From Podarcis bocagei (lineage: Eukaryota), in the NCBI GenBank assembly GCA_964188305.1, contig OZ076893.1: a DNA stretch of 64,000 nucleotides; one strand, written 5' to 3'. The position numbers and the translations under genes are program-made. Below are positions 62,325 through 64,000 of this stretch, one piece after another. The notes beneath the pieces were generated by a model. It made no database searches. It saw only the letters and a list, made by a program, of their open reading frames with translations, and had not been told where the DNA came from. How positions within the stretch are numbered: position 1 is the first letter of the stretch; every line of letters starts with the position of its first letter.

Positions 62325-62499
62325 TATGCTATTGAAAAACGTTTGCACCCAACCCCCCGTCAGGAAGAAATTCCTAATAAGCACATTCCCTTATCCATCA
62401 CAGGCATGTGCATCTTGTCTCTGAGGTTGGTGAATAATGCCAGGAACAGGTAGGTAGCCGTGTTGGTCTGATGCAGTCGAAATAAAAATTAAAAAAATA

Positions 62500-62650
62500 A
62501 AATAAATTGTCCAGTAGCACCTTATAGACCAACTAAGTTTGTTCCTGTATAAGCTATTGTGTGCCTGAAGAAGTGTGCATGCACACGAAAGCTTATACCC
62601 AAACAAACTTAGTTGGTCTATAAGGTGCCGCTGGACAATTTTTTAAATTT
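62500..62650. mobile_element. Penelope-like inverted terminal fragment
   Basis: AATTGTCCAGTAGCACCTTATAGACCAACTAAGTTTGTT and its reverse complement flank CCTGAAGAAG...GAAAGCTTATAC. Confidence 0.6.
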
Positions 62651-62939
62651 TTATTTTGAATGCTAGGCACAGACTGCATTAGCGGTATGCTACCTCCAGA
62701 ATCAGAAACAGCAAGTCTCTGAATACCAGTGACTGGGAAACAACAGTCGGTAAGAGCTGCATTCCCATAACACACCCAATTATCTGTTTTCTTAATTATT
62801 GAACCACCCGCTGCATGGATCCCTCCACCCCTCCCTCCCAGAGAAGTATCCTCAACACAACAGGATATCTGTTCATTCTCCAAGGAATTGGTCCCTTGTA
62901 AAGGAATGTTTCCATCTCCTTCCCTGAGACTCATGCTTC

Positions 62940-63500
62940 CTCACAGCAGGTGAATTATCACCTTAGGATAAAGCTGATGCTATTCTAGGCTGCATCAGCA
63001 GAACTATAGATTCCAGGTCAAGGGAAGTCACAGTCCCACTCAATTCTGCTTTGGTCAGACCACAGCTGGAATACTGTGTCCGGTTCTGGGCACCACAATT
63101 TAAAAAGGATATTGACAAGTTGGAACATGGGCAGAGGATTGTGACCGAGGGTCTGGAAACTAAGCCTTATGAGAAACAGTTGAGTATATTTAGCCTGCAA
63201 AAGAGGAGACTGATACACTAGCCATCTAAAAATATCCATGGAAGATGTGTTTTCTCCTGCTCTGGAGGGTAAGACCTAAACCAGTAGCTTCAGGTTACAA
63301 GGAAGGCGATTCCAACTCAAGTCCAGGAAGACCTTTCTGACAGTCAGTAAGAGCTGTTTGACAGTGGAACCTTGGGAGGTTGTGGACTCCTTCATCGGAT
63401 GTTTTTTTTTAGCAGAGGTTGGATGGCCATCTGTCATGGATGCTTTAGTTGTGATTTCTGCTTTTCAGGGGGTTCCAGCTCTACAGTTCTATGATTCTAG
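62940..63500 (+). mobile_element. CR1 LINE 3' fragment
   Basis: Degenerate RT tail (ILGCI...[25 protein letters not shown]) ending in TTCTATGATTCT. Confidence 0.85.
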
Positions 63501-63939
63501 GAGCAGGGCACATCTATAAGGCCCCTAAAGGCCTCATCCACCAACGTCTCTGCCTCTCTTAGTTTTTTTCCAGGTCAGCCTTCAACACAAGGGAACAAAC
63601 ATGTTCACAGCAGCGCATTGCACCCCAGAGGCAGCCACACCTTCTGCCCAACAAGGGAGATAGTTATACAAGTGATGAAGAGTTCAAAACACTGGAAATC
63701 CTTCACACCCCTGCTGACATTCTACCTGCAAAATTGTTTTTGTAGTTTTAAGTTACTTTACTAAGAGCTTGGGTTTTCTTTAGGTCAAGGAAAGGAGGGG
63801 TAGAGACCTCCACATAAGGTCTGCTTAATACACCTTGACACTTGGTCAGCTGGGGCCAAGATGCTTCATCAGCTGGGGCTCCTTGAAGCTCATGGAATCG
63901 GCCTATACAGTATGTTGTTACCCAAAGTATCCTCCCCCT

Positions 63940-64000
63940 AGGAGCAGGTGGCGCTGTGGTGTAAACAACTGAGCCTCTTGGGCTTGCTGATCAGAAGGTT
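63940..64000 (+). mobile_element. Sauria SINE 5' end (runs off the window)
   Basis: CAGGTGGCGCTGTGG...GATCAGAAGGT. Confidence 0.7.

Overview
Vertebrate genomic DNA from a squamate reptile (Sauria SINEs; probably a lizard) carrying part of the clade B (ov-)serpin cluster. All five genes are on the + strand with GT-AG introns and canonical clade B exon sizes: a SERPINB10-like gene with a CD-loop exon (CDS 3663-14000), three tandem SERPINB6-like paralogues (A 18405-26183, B 30516-34839, C 42949-48362) and SERPINB1 (54519-61037). The three SERPINB6 copies arose by tandem duplication of a unit running from inside the last SERPINB10-like exon to the SERPINB6 stop codon, so copies A and B carry a SERPINB10-derived 3' end. 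Their scaffolds are nearly identical but their reactive-centre loops differ sharply (A: NFL|CY, B: TKR|RAR, C: MLR|CAR). This points to a young, lineage-specific set of inhibitors with new specificities, paralleling mammalian SERPINB8/B9. Introns hold many transposons (Sauria SINE, L2, L1, RTE, CR1, Penelope, Tc1/mariner and hAT MITEs, solo LTRs). One 1.9-kb TIR element is filled with 16 palindromic cores separated by spacers that occur in both orientations. Coordinates were counted by hand; TE boundaries without a stated target-site duplication (TSD) are approximate.
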